DNA of 17,560 nt from Ginkgo biloba (GCA_024626585.2 JANKJI020000002.1:103915620-103933179), one strand, 5' to 3'. Shown: positions 1 through 9,567, counted from the stretch's first letter. Notes: generated by a model from the sequence alone, not told the origin. Made by a program: numbers and translations.

Positions 1-1191
1 AGCCTTTTTAAGCCATGGGTTAATGGCCTAGCATGAAGCCATAAGTTGTTCATAAGGGATGAGCACTTGTTCTTCAGAAAGAGCTTAAAGGAGTGGTGTC
101 CTATCTATTCATTTTCAGAATGGCTATGTGATAATTTATGTTGATGCGATTGATGGTGCTACAATATTGGTTTATACTGAATGTTAACAGCAGAATTATT
201 ACAGCCCATTCCCAGTTTTTATGAATTACCAGGAAGATTGTTTCCACCGACCTGAACCTACACCAAGTTACAAGTCATAGGTTGTGGTGTCTTATTTAAT
301 TGGAAATTGAAGGAAATAATTATCACATGGATTTCCATTCTACTAGTAATTAATTGCAATAATCAGCTCAATTTCCCTTGACAGACTTGGCCCTTGTCAT
401 TTTTTGAGTTTCACCCAACTCAAACAAGGCAAAACTTTCAAAGTGCCTCCCCAATCAAACTGTAAGTACTCATAACACAAAAGTCATTGCATTAACTGGC
501 TGCTTGATTCTTACATCTTGTCATTCTATTATAGAAGTATTCAACATCTTCACATTGTTCAATCACTAATGTGTCTTTGTATACTATGGTTTTGAAGTAT
601 TTTTTGTCACTTTGTTGAAGCAAATGTTATCAAATCTGTTCCTTATTAGTACCTTACTCTTATTGTATTCTACAGCCAACACCTGTAAGGGTAGGGCCAG
701 CCTTCCATCGAGGCATGCAGGGATAAAACTAATAGGCTTTTACCAAAGCCCCGTTGCCCACAGCTTATATATCAAGTAGAGTGCTGCATTTGGCATAGAG
801 GGTTTGAGGTCTAGGGCCGTTTCACGTTAAAACCCTGTAATATTCAAACCCACTGAATGTTCAATGGGGTACCATCCATGCTGATACTCAAGCTAGCTAC
901 GCAAAAGACCCTTGATTTTGGTGAATTTTGCAGGCCACTTGCACCACTTGCATTTAACCAAGAAAGGTGTCGGCGCATATCCCCCAAGACACACTAGAAC
1001 GTGGAAGCATGATAAGCTTGCCCGTATATTTAAGCCTTGAGTTTGGCTAATGCAAAATCAAAACATTCTATGGATCTGCATATTATAGTGCTTGAACGTT
1101 TGAGATCAGTTCAGTGGAATCTTCATGAGGTTAAAGCAATCTGATTCACTTAAAAAATGAGTCCGGAAAACCTAAAAAAAGTCCTTGTCAA

Positions 1192-1242
1192 TCAAGAAGA
1201 CGCCCTTCCAACTCCTTCGCCACAAGGTATACCATCTTTCAT
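1192..1242 (-). CDS. Short ORF / candidate uORF, MKDGIPCGEGVGRASS (16 aa)
   Basis: ATG at 1242-1240 and TGA at 1194-1192. It shares KDG-x4-EGVGR with a second copy at 2108-2073. Confidence 0.3.
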   Translation of the reverse strand: MKDGIPCGEGVGRASS

Positions 1243-1785
1243 ACCATGATGCTAAAGTATCATGCAATAGCCACATAGCTGCCCCAATCTTCTTCTGGAA
1301 TAAAATTGGCCAATTTCAACCTCTGCCACCAGCAAAAGAATCTCATTGCAGCAGTTTTTACCTCCTCCCAGGTTGAATTGTTCTCCTTGATAATCAAGCT
1401 CATTTTTAAACCCCAATCATCTTGAANNNNNNNNNNCATCTCTGCCAACCACCAATTTCTTGCCAATTCTGTAACGTCCAGATGCTACAATAATGCTCTG
1501 ATACTCTCTGTTTTGAAGCCGGACGGTTTTGACAGGTTTAAGCCCAGCGTTGTGAACAAAATCTACAGAGATAAAATAAACCCAGTTTGTGGGAAATGGT
1601 ACTTAGTCTACCAGCTTGACCAGAAACCTAGCGAAGACATACCCTAAGTACATCACTATTAAACTTTCCAAGACACGATGGGCTAAAAGGATTAAATATC
1701 ACCAATACTCATGATTACTACCAATTCACTTTTTTTAGTAGTACAAAGTGAAGTTACAGGTATGTAAAATGAGTTTGGGCTACAA

Positions 1786-1865
1786 AGGAAAAAATTAACG
1801 CCCAATGGCAGAGAAAGGGAAATATCCGTGCTTAATAGGAATAAATTAATGCCCAATAGGAGGAG
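1786..1865. repeat. Diverged tandem duplication, period about 51 bp
   Basis: aggaaaaaattaacgcccaatggcagag is followed by aggaataaattaatgcccaataggaggag. Confidence 0.7.
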
Positions 1866-1993
1866 GAAACAACACACCGCATCATGGAATAACGGTCTGA
1901 CTGTTACACCGGAAGAAGCAGGTCGAAGTATTTCGAGGCAAAATAGTGTTAAATTTAGCGGGTGATTCAATCGAAAAAACTAGAGTAGCAATC

Positions 1994-2104
1994 TCACAAA
2001 AAAAGCAAAGATATAGTGCGATAAGAGTACCGAAGAAGCTCATCTCGTGGAATTTCGAAGGGATTTTTGAACACGTCCCACTCCTTCGCACCAACGTTCT
2101 CCAT
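1994..2104 (-). CDS. Short ORF / candidate uORF, MENVGAKEWDVFKNPFEIPRDELLRYSYRTISLLFL (36 aa)
   Basis: ATG in a strong context (AAGATGG) within the putative first exon, TGA at 1996-1994. No family recognised. Confidence 0.25.
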   Translation of the reverse strand: MENVGAKEWDVFKNPFEIPRDELLRYSYRTISLLFL

Positions 2105-2393
2105 CTTTTCGAAATCTATAACAAATGTGTACCAAATTGCGTTTCAGATGTTTATTATGTCCGTGTAAGTTGCCATTGTCTTCTACTGGCACAAACGAAT
2201 TCGTCCAACGCGAGTATTTGGAAATCAAAATATGTCAATGTCATGGGCAACTTCAACGTCGAGGCCCTTCGAAGGATTGTGTTCACACATAAGATCCACT
2301 TTTCTGCCGTTGAGCTTTTTAGGGCTTTGTTTTTTTTTAACTCTGCTTTTGTGTTTTAGTCTCACTTTATGATATTCAAATTGATTTTCAAAT

Positions 2394-2400
2394 CTATATA
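2394..2400 (-). promoter_or_regulatory. Candidate TATA box for the minus-strand transcript
   Basis: TATATAG immediately upstream of the CpG-retaining segment. The surrounding DNA is AT-rich, so a chance match is possible. Confidence 0.3.
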
Positions 2401-4169
2401 CTCATTATCTATTATCTATTACTATATATTAACAAGAGCCACTAGGTGGCAAGTGCCCATTGTTTAATGTTATATTAAGATTTATTCATGTTCACTATGT
2501 GGAGTGTATTTGTGCATAGCAAACATGTCAATTGTCAGCAATCATAAATGCTATCCATGGATAGACATGCTTGATTATTGTGGATGGAGCTCCACACTAG
2601 ATAATCTAAAAATTCATTAAAGAAAAAAATCATAAATATTGGGCATGGATGCCGAGACACAAATTTAGAACTTACATATTAGTAGAGTTTGCCTCTAATG
2701 GAGAAGATGATCAAGGCTACCTTTGCATCGCACAAGCCTTTTTAAGGAGCATCCATGGATAAACTGCACATTCAAACTCTCCATCCATGGAACACAAGAA
2801 CAATAAAACTATAAATACACTCCCACAAACCAATTAAGGAATACTTTGGGTCAAAGTAATGCCATTATGATGCATCATACGAACCGGCAAGTAAAACCAT
2901 ACATTTATATGAATGGTAAGACATCATCAAAAAATTTATGCGAAACAAAATTAATGGAAAACATGCAGATCACAATTAACTTTAACTAACAATGCAATAT
3001 TTCCAGACATGATTGATTTTACATAAACTTATTTTTCCCCACCTATGACTACACACACAGATGCCAATGGCCATCGCCTTTCTTTTCATACCCTCAATGC
3101 TATGCACGATAAAACATTGTCGAAGCATTCCAATCCTAGAAGTTGAACTCACCTCCGAACCACATAATTCGAGCCTTCTCCTAGCCCATCATTTCCTCCT
3201 ACTTTACATGCATAAATCTCAAAGGTGTCTGATTGATGGTAGAGTCGTTAAATGATTGAAAAATTCGGACATCCTTGTCAGATAACCTGTCGGTTATACC
3301 TTATTCTAATTTTAATGAACAATGTATATAAACACCTCCAAAATGTAGTGGATTGTTGCCAATAAATTGGTAAGTTATGAATTCGTGAGAGAAGGAGATA
3401 AAGATAATTAAAAAAATAATTGCATGTATTAGAATCCAATGTGTAATATTCATAACAGACAATAAATTTCATTATTAAAATGCAACTACCACCACTTTGA
3501 GACGTGACCCACATTTTTTCAAGTTAGTTATGGATTTTTTAGATTTTGNNNNNNNNNNNNNNNNNNNNNNNNNNNNNNNNNNNNNNNNNNNNNNNNNNNN
3601 NNNNNNNNNNNNNNNNNNNNNNNNNNNNNNNNNNNNNNNNNNNTTTAAAAAAATGACTAATTCATATTATAGAACTCTTTCAACTTAAAATACAAATTAC
3701 TTTAAAAAAATAAATGCTTATGATTGGCTACTAAAATTCAAACCAATGAAAAAATTATTGTTATCAACAGGGACTAATAACTATTTCAATGTTTTAATTA
3801 TTTTTTTATGGTTGACCTTGGTTTTTTATTATCTTTCCCCTTTGAAATGGTTCACTAGTCGAGTTTAGGAGAAAATGAGTCTTGTCGAGCCCCAATAGGC
3901 ACTGTAGATTAGTAACCAAAGCTCTCATGATCTCATCTATTATCAAGCTCAGTGTGCATGATCTAGGTCAATTTGTTAGAGCCAGCTGACTAATTAAACT
4001 CATTATTTGGATGACAAATTAAGCCCTTCTACTTCTTTTGCTAATCAATAATGGCTTACACACATCATTGGCCTTTTGCTTCTTTGCTCAATTTCATAGG
4101 CAAACGTTAGAGGGCACACATATAGAGACTAAAGATGTATTTACCAACTGATGGTGATATTGAAAGAAG

Positions 4170-4266
4170 AGATCGTGGCTAGTACACTTTATCCAAAAGA
4201 AGATGGGCTAGGGAGGCTAGAAATTAAAGCCTGTTAGATGGAAACTTAGCTCAATATGAATGGGCT
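4170..4266 (+). mobile_element. Possible degenerate LINE (L1) ORF2 fragment
   Basis: Translates to PKEDGLGRLEIK and then, in a shifted frame, NLAQYEWA. This resembles the plant L1 post-RT motif PKxEGGLGI...NLALLxKW. Stops and frameshifts are present. Confidence 0.35.
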
Positions 4267-4629
4267 AATGCAAATGAAATTGGTGAAGAAATCTAATGGC
4301 TAAGAGACATGATTAAAGATCTATCATCCAATGTCAACATCCTACTTTGTCAGATTATGGATTAGAAGTTGTTGCGACTATCATCAATTGAATGCCTCAT
4401 TGTCATCGAGCTTTACTATATTTTTAAGTGACTCATTTTGTAACGACACTGTGATGAACTTCTTTGAGTGGTTGCTGGGAAGCATAAGGCACTCCATATA
4501 GAGTAAATTGTTCTAGCCTTCCACGTTTTNNNNNNNNNNNNNNNNNNNNNNNNNNNNNNNNNNNNNNNNNNNNNNNNNNNNNNNNNNNNNNNNNNNNNNN
4601 NNNNNNNNNNNNNNNNNNNNNNNNNNNNN

Positions 4630-4805
4630 CCTTGAAGGCTTCCTTTGTGGCTCTGCTCGCAATTAAACCATGGCTTACCAGATATTCATAGTTGGTATTA
4701 TCTTGCAGGATATTTTGCAAAGTCTCCTCCTGATAATGCATATCATTGTAAAGGAGTTTATCTAGAACAATGATATTTTCGGTGCCATCAAATATCTGTT
4801 TTCAT
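4630..4805 (-). pseudogene. GH3: GH3 family (JAR1/GH3 acyl-acid amido synthetase) N-terminal coding segment, frameshifted after the start codon and truncated by an assembly gap
   Basis: 4795-4631 translates to IFDGTENIIVLDKLLYNDMHYQEETLQNILQDNTNYEYLVSHGLIASRATKEAFK. This fits the GH3 N-terminal pattern FD...QxxTLxxILxxNxxxEYLxxxGL...ExFK. The ATG at 4805-4803 is followed by AAAA CAG, one extra A relative to this frame. Confidence 0.75.
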
Positions 4806-4978
4806 TTCAATGAATAAGAAAAATATTTTTTCCTTTGTTAAGATATTTTAAATATTTTCTTCTTGTTATGACTGTGGATCGAAAACTATCTGATTTTTAC
4901 GTATAATCTGAGAAGCTTGGCAATGTGTAAGGAACTCTAGATTTTTGATACATAAAAGATTGGAGGTAAGCACCTAAC

Positions 4979-4986
4979 TATTTATA
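4979..4986 (-). promoter_or_regulatory. TATA box upstream of the GH3-like segment
   Basis: TATAAATA on the minus strand about 175 bp upstream of the ATG at 4805. Confidence 0.45.
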
Positions 4987-5143
4987 ATATTTATGATTGA
5001 AATGAGAAGATCAAGATGCCATTTAATAAAGGGTTTTGTNNNNNNNNNNNNNNNNNNNNNNNNTTTGATCATAACATACTCCACGTAGTAGCAACGCATA
5101 TTGTTAAATTATTCCAGCAGAATAATAATAACATGTGCTCTCC

Positions 5144-5317
5144 CTTCTCACATTTGATAACTTGGGATACATTTAGAATGACAATGTTGTCGGGTAAAAT
5201 GACATCCTCTGTAAGGTCATCATCGATCTCAATCAAACAGGCATCTTCCTTACAATAAGATAGGTGCAGATCGCTAGTAATATTGCAATCTCCTAAGGAA
5301 CATTTATCTATGAACAA
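5144..5317 (-). pseudogene. LRR receptor kinase (BRI1/BRL-like) ectodomain fragment 1, inverted relative to fragment 2
   Basis: LFIDKCSLGDCNITSDLHLSYCKEDACLIEID[DDLTEDVI]LPDNIVILNVSQVIKCEK aligns by eye to the first LRRs of BRI1 as I recall them (LESLFLSNSHINGS...KC..SLTSLDLSRN...LGSCSG). Confidence 0.55.
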
Positions 5318-5421
5318 TNNNNNNNNNNNNNNNNNNNNNNNNNNNNNNNNNNNNNNNNNNNNNNNNNNNNNNNNNNNNNNNNNNNNNNNNNNNNNNNNNN
5401 NNNNNNNNNNNNNNNNNNNNN

Positions 5422-5764
5422 GAATCCGATGCTACTCAATCTTGCCAACAATGAGTTAAGTAATTCGAATTCTGTAAACCCATTTATGCTAGGTTCTATC
5501 AGAGAGCTTGATATTTCCTACAACTATTTAACTCGAGATACAATATTAACTTTTGTATTTTCTAAGTGTAAGAACTTACAGAGACTAGATCTTGGCTATA
5601 ATAAGATAAGCAAGTTCACACCAAAAGCAATGCACGGATGTAGTGCACTACAATACCAGATCTCTCCAACAACAACAACTCAAGGAACCTCTCTCGTTTT
5701 GTTAATTATCTAAGCTTAATCAATGTCAAATCTCTCATCTAATTTCTTAATCGACGAAATTTAA
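5422..5764 (+). pseudogene. LRR receptor kinase (BRI1/BRL-like) ectodomain fragment 2, about five LRRs with two frameshifts
   Basis: Repeats LLNLANNEL, IRELDISYNYL and LQRLDLGYNKI. A frameshift near 5658 restores LQY(L)DLSNNN, and one near 5728 restores LINVNLSSNFL. TAA at 5762-5764. No transmembrane or kinase domain follows. Confidence 0.8.
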
Positions 5765-6106
5765 ATCGCATGCATAATGCCCGAATAAATAGAGAAGAGT
5801 GTTAGTTTTATTAATTAGCCACTAGTACATACCATTTTAAAAGGAAACACATACCTTTTTTTAAGGAAAGTTAGGTTTAGCATTTTGAAGTTTTTCTACT
5901 AATATTTTAATAAATTCAAGAGAATAGGAGGAAAGATGCGGGGTATATTCGACAAGAACAAATGAGATTCAAAGAAAAAGAGAAGATATTTATAATTTTT
6001 AAGAAANNNNNNNNNNNNNNNNNNNNNNNNNNNNNNNNNNNNNNNNNNNNNNNNNNNNNNNNNNNNNNNNNNNNNNNNNNNNNNNNNNNNNNNNNNNNNN
6101 NNNNNN

Positions 6107-6139
6107 TACATACATACACACACACACACACACATATAC
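6107..6139. repeat. (TACA)n/(CA)n microsatellite
   Basis: tacatacatacacacacacacacacacatatac, abutting a gap. Confidence 0.95.
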
Positions 6140-6169
6140 TGATGCAATCGAGGTGTGATGTTGTGGCCT

Positions 6170-7070
6170 TGTCACCTGTCGACGACAAACTCCCCAAATA
6201 TCTCTAGTTGGAGATAAGCTCCTCAACTACACCGCTCGACGGTGATGAAAGTTCAAAAATATACACGCAAGATCCGTCATCACTAGTTGACAACGACTCT
6301 CGAATGTGAATACAAACTTCGCCCGTCGTTTATCAGTAGACCGATGAAGTCATCGACAACCACTAAGATCTTAGCTGATAGACCCCACCAACGTTGTTGA
6401 TGAATTGCACTGAGACATCCATGACCTATCTTTGTATTAGATAGTTAAAATCACCTCCAATGATGCATAAGTAATAATAATGTCTTGAGCCTGTGCAAAA
6501 GTCTTTATCAGAGTGATACCACTAATATATTACATGCACAACCAACATCCATAGACACATAGAATAACCATAAGATATGGAAATACAACTTGGCTTGTCA
6601 TCCTCTTTATAGAAATACATTCAAAAATATATTCTTGTATGCCACCCATCCTTCTGACAAGGAAATTACACTCAAGTTTTGGTGCGGTAAGCATGGAACT
6701 TTCACCTCATGTCGCTCGTCGGTGATAAAATTTTTAAAGAATATTGTCACATTACCTCATTGATAATAGTCTCCTCAGTGTTGGATTGGGTAGCCTCGTC
6801 ACTCATCAATCATAGACTCTCTAATTCTTTTTTCCTTCTTGTTGGTCTACCAACGCCATCATTGATCACCTCCAGGGTCTCAGCAAACAAACCTTGTTAA
6901 CGTCGTCAATGATCCACTCTAATGGTGCACATGGTCTATCATTTTATTATCGATCAGATACAACTCCTCCAATGACATAGAAGAAAAATGATTAATGTTC
7001 CATTTCTTCGTCGGATCCTTAAACCATCCAACATTAATAATGACCTCTCGACATCCATCAGTGACATCAA
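6170..7070. mobile_element. Region of dispersed short CGTCG/TCGAC...TGA repeats; possible DNA-transposon subterminal relic
   Basis: cgctcgacggtgatgaaa (6233) and cgctcgtcggtgataaaa (6713); aacgccatcattgatc (6852) and aacgtcgtcaatgatc (6899). No TIR or TSD identified. Confidence 0.35.
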
Positions 7071-7315
7071 CAACCAAATTTTAACACAACGCACAAATGC
7101 ACAGATGAATGATAATCACTAACTTTATATATTAAACTAACAACTTAACAAAATACAACTGGTTTCATTAGCCACTACTCACAATTACATTCAAAACTTA
7201 ATTCCTCATTCAGGACCCACATACAGACAAAGATAATTCCTCACTAATGAAGGAAATTAAAAGCTTTCCTTGTCACACTTCCACTAAAATGAGATGCAAT
7301 GATGTGATTACATCT

Positions 7316-7595
7316 AGGCCATTTGATGGACCCTTTAGGTCATTCATTGGACCTCTTTTATACTATTTGATGGACCCCTTATCAGTCATTCACTAGACTT
7401 CTTTACAGAGTTTGTTGGGCCCCGTATTAGTCGTTCATTAGGCTTCTTTACACTGCTCATTGGCTTGGCAAAAAATGAACCAAAATGTTTGCTAGGTCCT
7501 CTATCCCTTTCATTCCTTTAGGCTATTTGTCGTAACCCCTTTACACCACTTGTTGGACTTCTTTAGGCCATTCGTTGGGCTTCCCAAGCTCATTC
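7316..7595. repeat. Degenerate minisatellite, ~22-23 bp monomer with a ~45 bp dimer
   Basis: Successive units: taggccatttgatggaccctt, taggtcattcattggacctcttt, tatactatttgatggacccctta, tcagtcattcactagacttcttt, acagagtttgttgggccccgta, ttagtcgttcattaggcttcttt. More units follow at ~7519-7590. Confidence 0.85.
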
Positions 7596-9002
7596 ACCAA
7601 AATGGTTCAACTTTCATTGCTTGTTCACAAAAAGGAATTGACTTGTCAGTCCTTCACTTATCCAATTCGTTGTTCGTTAATGGTGTTACCTAGACGTGCT
7701 TGCATATTTTAAAAGGTTATAATACAAGAACACGGGAATGACTCCTCATGTCGATAGAATCCTCAATGCCTTCCATGACTGCTTCACATCGAGCAATCTA
7801 TCAATCTATCTGGATTATCCTTCTAGTGATTTCTCTTGGAATTGCTTCACCATTGGCATTCAATTGCTTCTCCCCTTAGCTCTACAACTGGAACTCCACA
7901 AGTGCACACTTCACCTTATGCGTCAACTTGTCTCCTCAAGCTGCCTCTCGATTGACCATTTGCCCCGTCAACATTGAACCACAACACCGCCTCTGCATCG
8001 AAACCACTTGAAAAGAGCGAACCAAAGATCCAACCCTTTCTCAACGCTTATATGCTTCAGTCAAATTGTGGAGAAGCCAACGCTTCCCTCCAATGGCTCG
8101 GTTGGTTAGAATTTATTACAANNNNNNNNNNNNNNNNNNNNNNNNNNNNNNNNNNNNNNNNNNNNNNNNNNNNNNNNNNNNNNNNNNNNNNNNNNNNNNN
8201 NNNNNNNNNNNNNNNNNNNNNATAGGTTGTGGCATCTAAAAGAATTGGAGGCCAAGAAGGAAAAGGTAGTTAGTCACCAAACTTTGCCAGATGTTCCAAC
8301 CATTCCAACTGCTATAATTGAACAATGAAGTTAACAAGATGTATAGAAAGAAAAGGAAGTGAAAGATAGAGAGGTTCCATAATTTATAATACGTCTAATG
8401 TTGATGTGATCGAGCATTGTTGGTTGTGCTAGTGTTGTAGTTGATAAAATAAATTTTACTTTCAGAATTGAGTGTTGTTGGTGTTTAATAGTGAATGCCA
8501 CTATTGTATGAATGGAAGGATTTATTTTCAACAAGTATCAAGCATTATTGGCATGTCCTTTGAGAATAATTCCTAATTTGTAAGTCTAAGTTGTACTGGT
8601 ATGTTTTTCCTATTTTCTTCTATATGTATTTATCCTAAGGAATTGATTGAAACAACCCTTCAAATTTACATACTACTTTAAATTATTTTAAGGGATCCAC
8701 TTCGAGTGTTGTTGTAGTAAAACCTTGAAGATCAATTATTATAGTATCAAGTTGCTTGTCTTAATCTTCTTTTGAACACTGTTAGAGGAACACATAGACT
8801 AGTAGAGTAAGAATATTTTCATCTTAAAATTTACTAATATCATTTTTAATTTCTTGGGATGGACTTCAATCTGGTTGCTTAGTCTAATAAAATTGAACAG
8901 ATGAAATATTTATAGTACCAACTTTGACAAATAGAGCATTCGATAAGTAACATGATATACTGAATTATTTCTCTACTTTTTTAAGCAAGCACCCATTTTA
9001 CT

Positions 9003-9567
9003 ATAATTTTATGACTAATATTATAACTATAGAATTTTTAAGTGTTCGGTACTTTTTAGTATTGGTGCTAAAGTTGGAAAAATATTTTTGGACTATGTCT
9101 AAGATGCCATGAAGAATTCAATGTACCAAAGTTCATATATTTTCATAAATAGAATAATAACTATAGATTTTTTGAGTGTTTGGTATGTGTTAGTACTAAC
9201 GATCAAGTTAATAAGAGATTTATGAATTATATATTTTTAATTCAATATGCCATAAAGAATTCAACATGCTAAATTTGGTAGAATGTTATGGGTAGAATTA
9301 TAACTCTAGAGTTTTTAAGAGTCTAGTATAAGGTGGTACTAGTGATCAAGTTGGCAAAAGATTTTTGGATTGTGTCTATCTAATTTAAAATGATATTAAT
9401 AATTCAACATACTTAAGTTGGTAGAATTTTACACGTAGAATTACAACTATAGATTTTTTAAATATTTAGTATGCACTAGTGCTAGTGCTCATGTTGCCAA
9501 ATAATTTTTGGATTCTGCCTACTTGTTAAAATATACCACAAAGAATTTCACATTCTTAAGTTGCATT
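9003..9567. repeat. AT-rich tandem repeat, ~143 bp monomer, about four copies, running into a gap
   Basis: The anchor A(T/C)AACT(A/C)TAGA occurs at 9023, 9157, 9300 and 9443 (spacings 134, 143, 143). Units share aagtt, attt(t/a)tg(g/a)a and aattca motifs. Confidence 0.9.

Larger units (their letters stand above)
1192..2360 (-). other. Putative 5' end of a minus-strand transcript (long spliced leader with short ORFs, or lncRNA); no main ORF seen in the window
   Basis: CpGs are abundant at ~1880-2310 against a CpG-depleted background. TATATAG lies at 2400-2394. A T-rich intron-like segment has a candidate donor (GCG|GTGTGT at 1878, alternative TCG|GTACTC near 2030) and a good acceptor (TTTATTTTATCTCTGTAG| before 1562). 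No long ORF in any frame. The 3' extent is unknown. Confidence 0.45.

Noticed and set aside
630-851. Plant telomerase RNA gene
   Set aside because: There is no CTAAACCCT template upstream of the GGTTTGAGG block, the only AAACCCT lies downstream of it, and no USE/TATA pair has Pol III spacing.
1203-1224. miR482/2118-type target site
   Set aside because: Only the 5' ~14 nt of the miRNA would pair, with wobbles. The 3' end has several mismatches, and I cannot test phasing.
1495-1504. PBS-like gctctgatac
   Set aside because: It lacks the full CCA complement and an adjacent LTR terminus.
1437-1560. NB-ARC P-loop-like translation IIVASGRYRIGKKL on the minus strand
   Set aside because: It lacks GxGxGKT(T/S), and no kinase-2 or GLPL motif follows.
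1946-2359. 137-aa plus-strand ORF
   Set aside because: It has a GTG start and no recognisable motif, and it overlaps the putative minus-strand leader.
2882-2892. AACCGGCAAGT, resembling the ENOD40 region II core
   Set aside because: The rest of the motif (CA...GGCAAT) is absent, and an 11-mer can occur by chance.
7316-9567. CRISPR-like interpretation of the tandem arrays
   Set aside because: The units are contiguous and degenerate, with no unique spacers and no cas genes, in a eukaryotic context.
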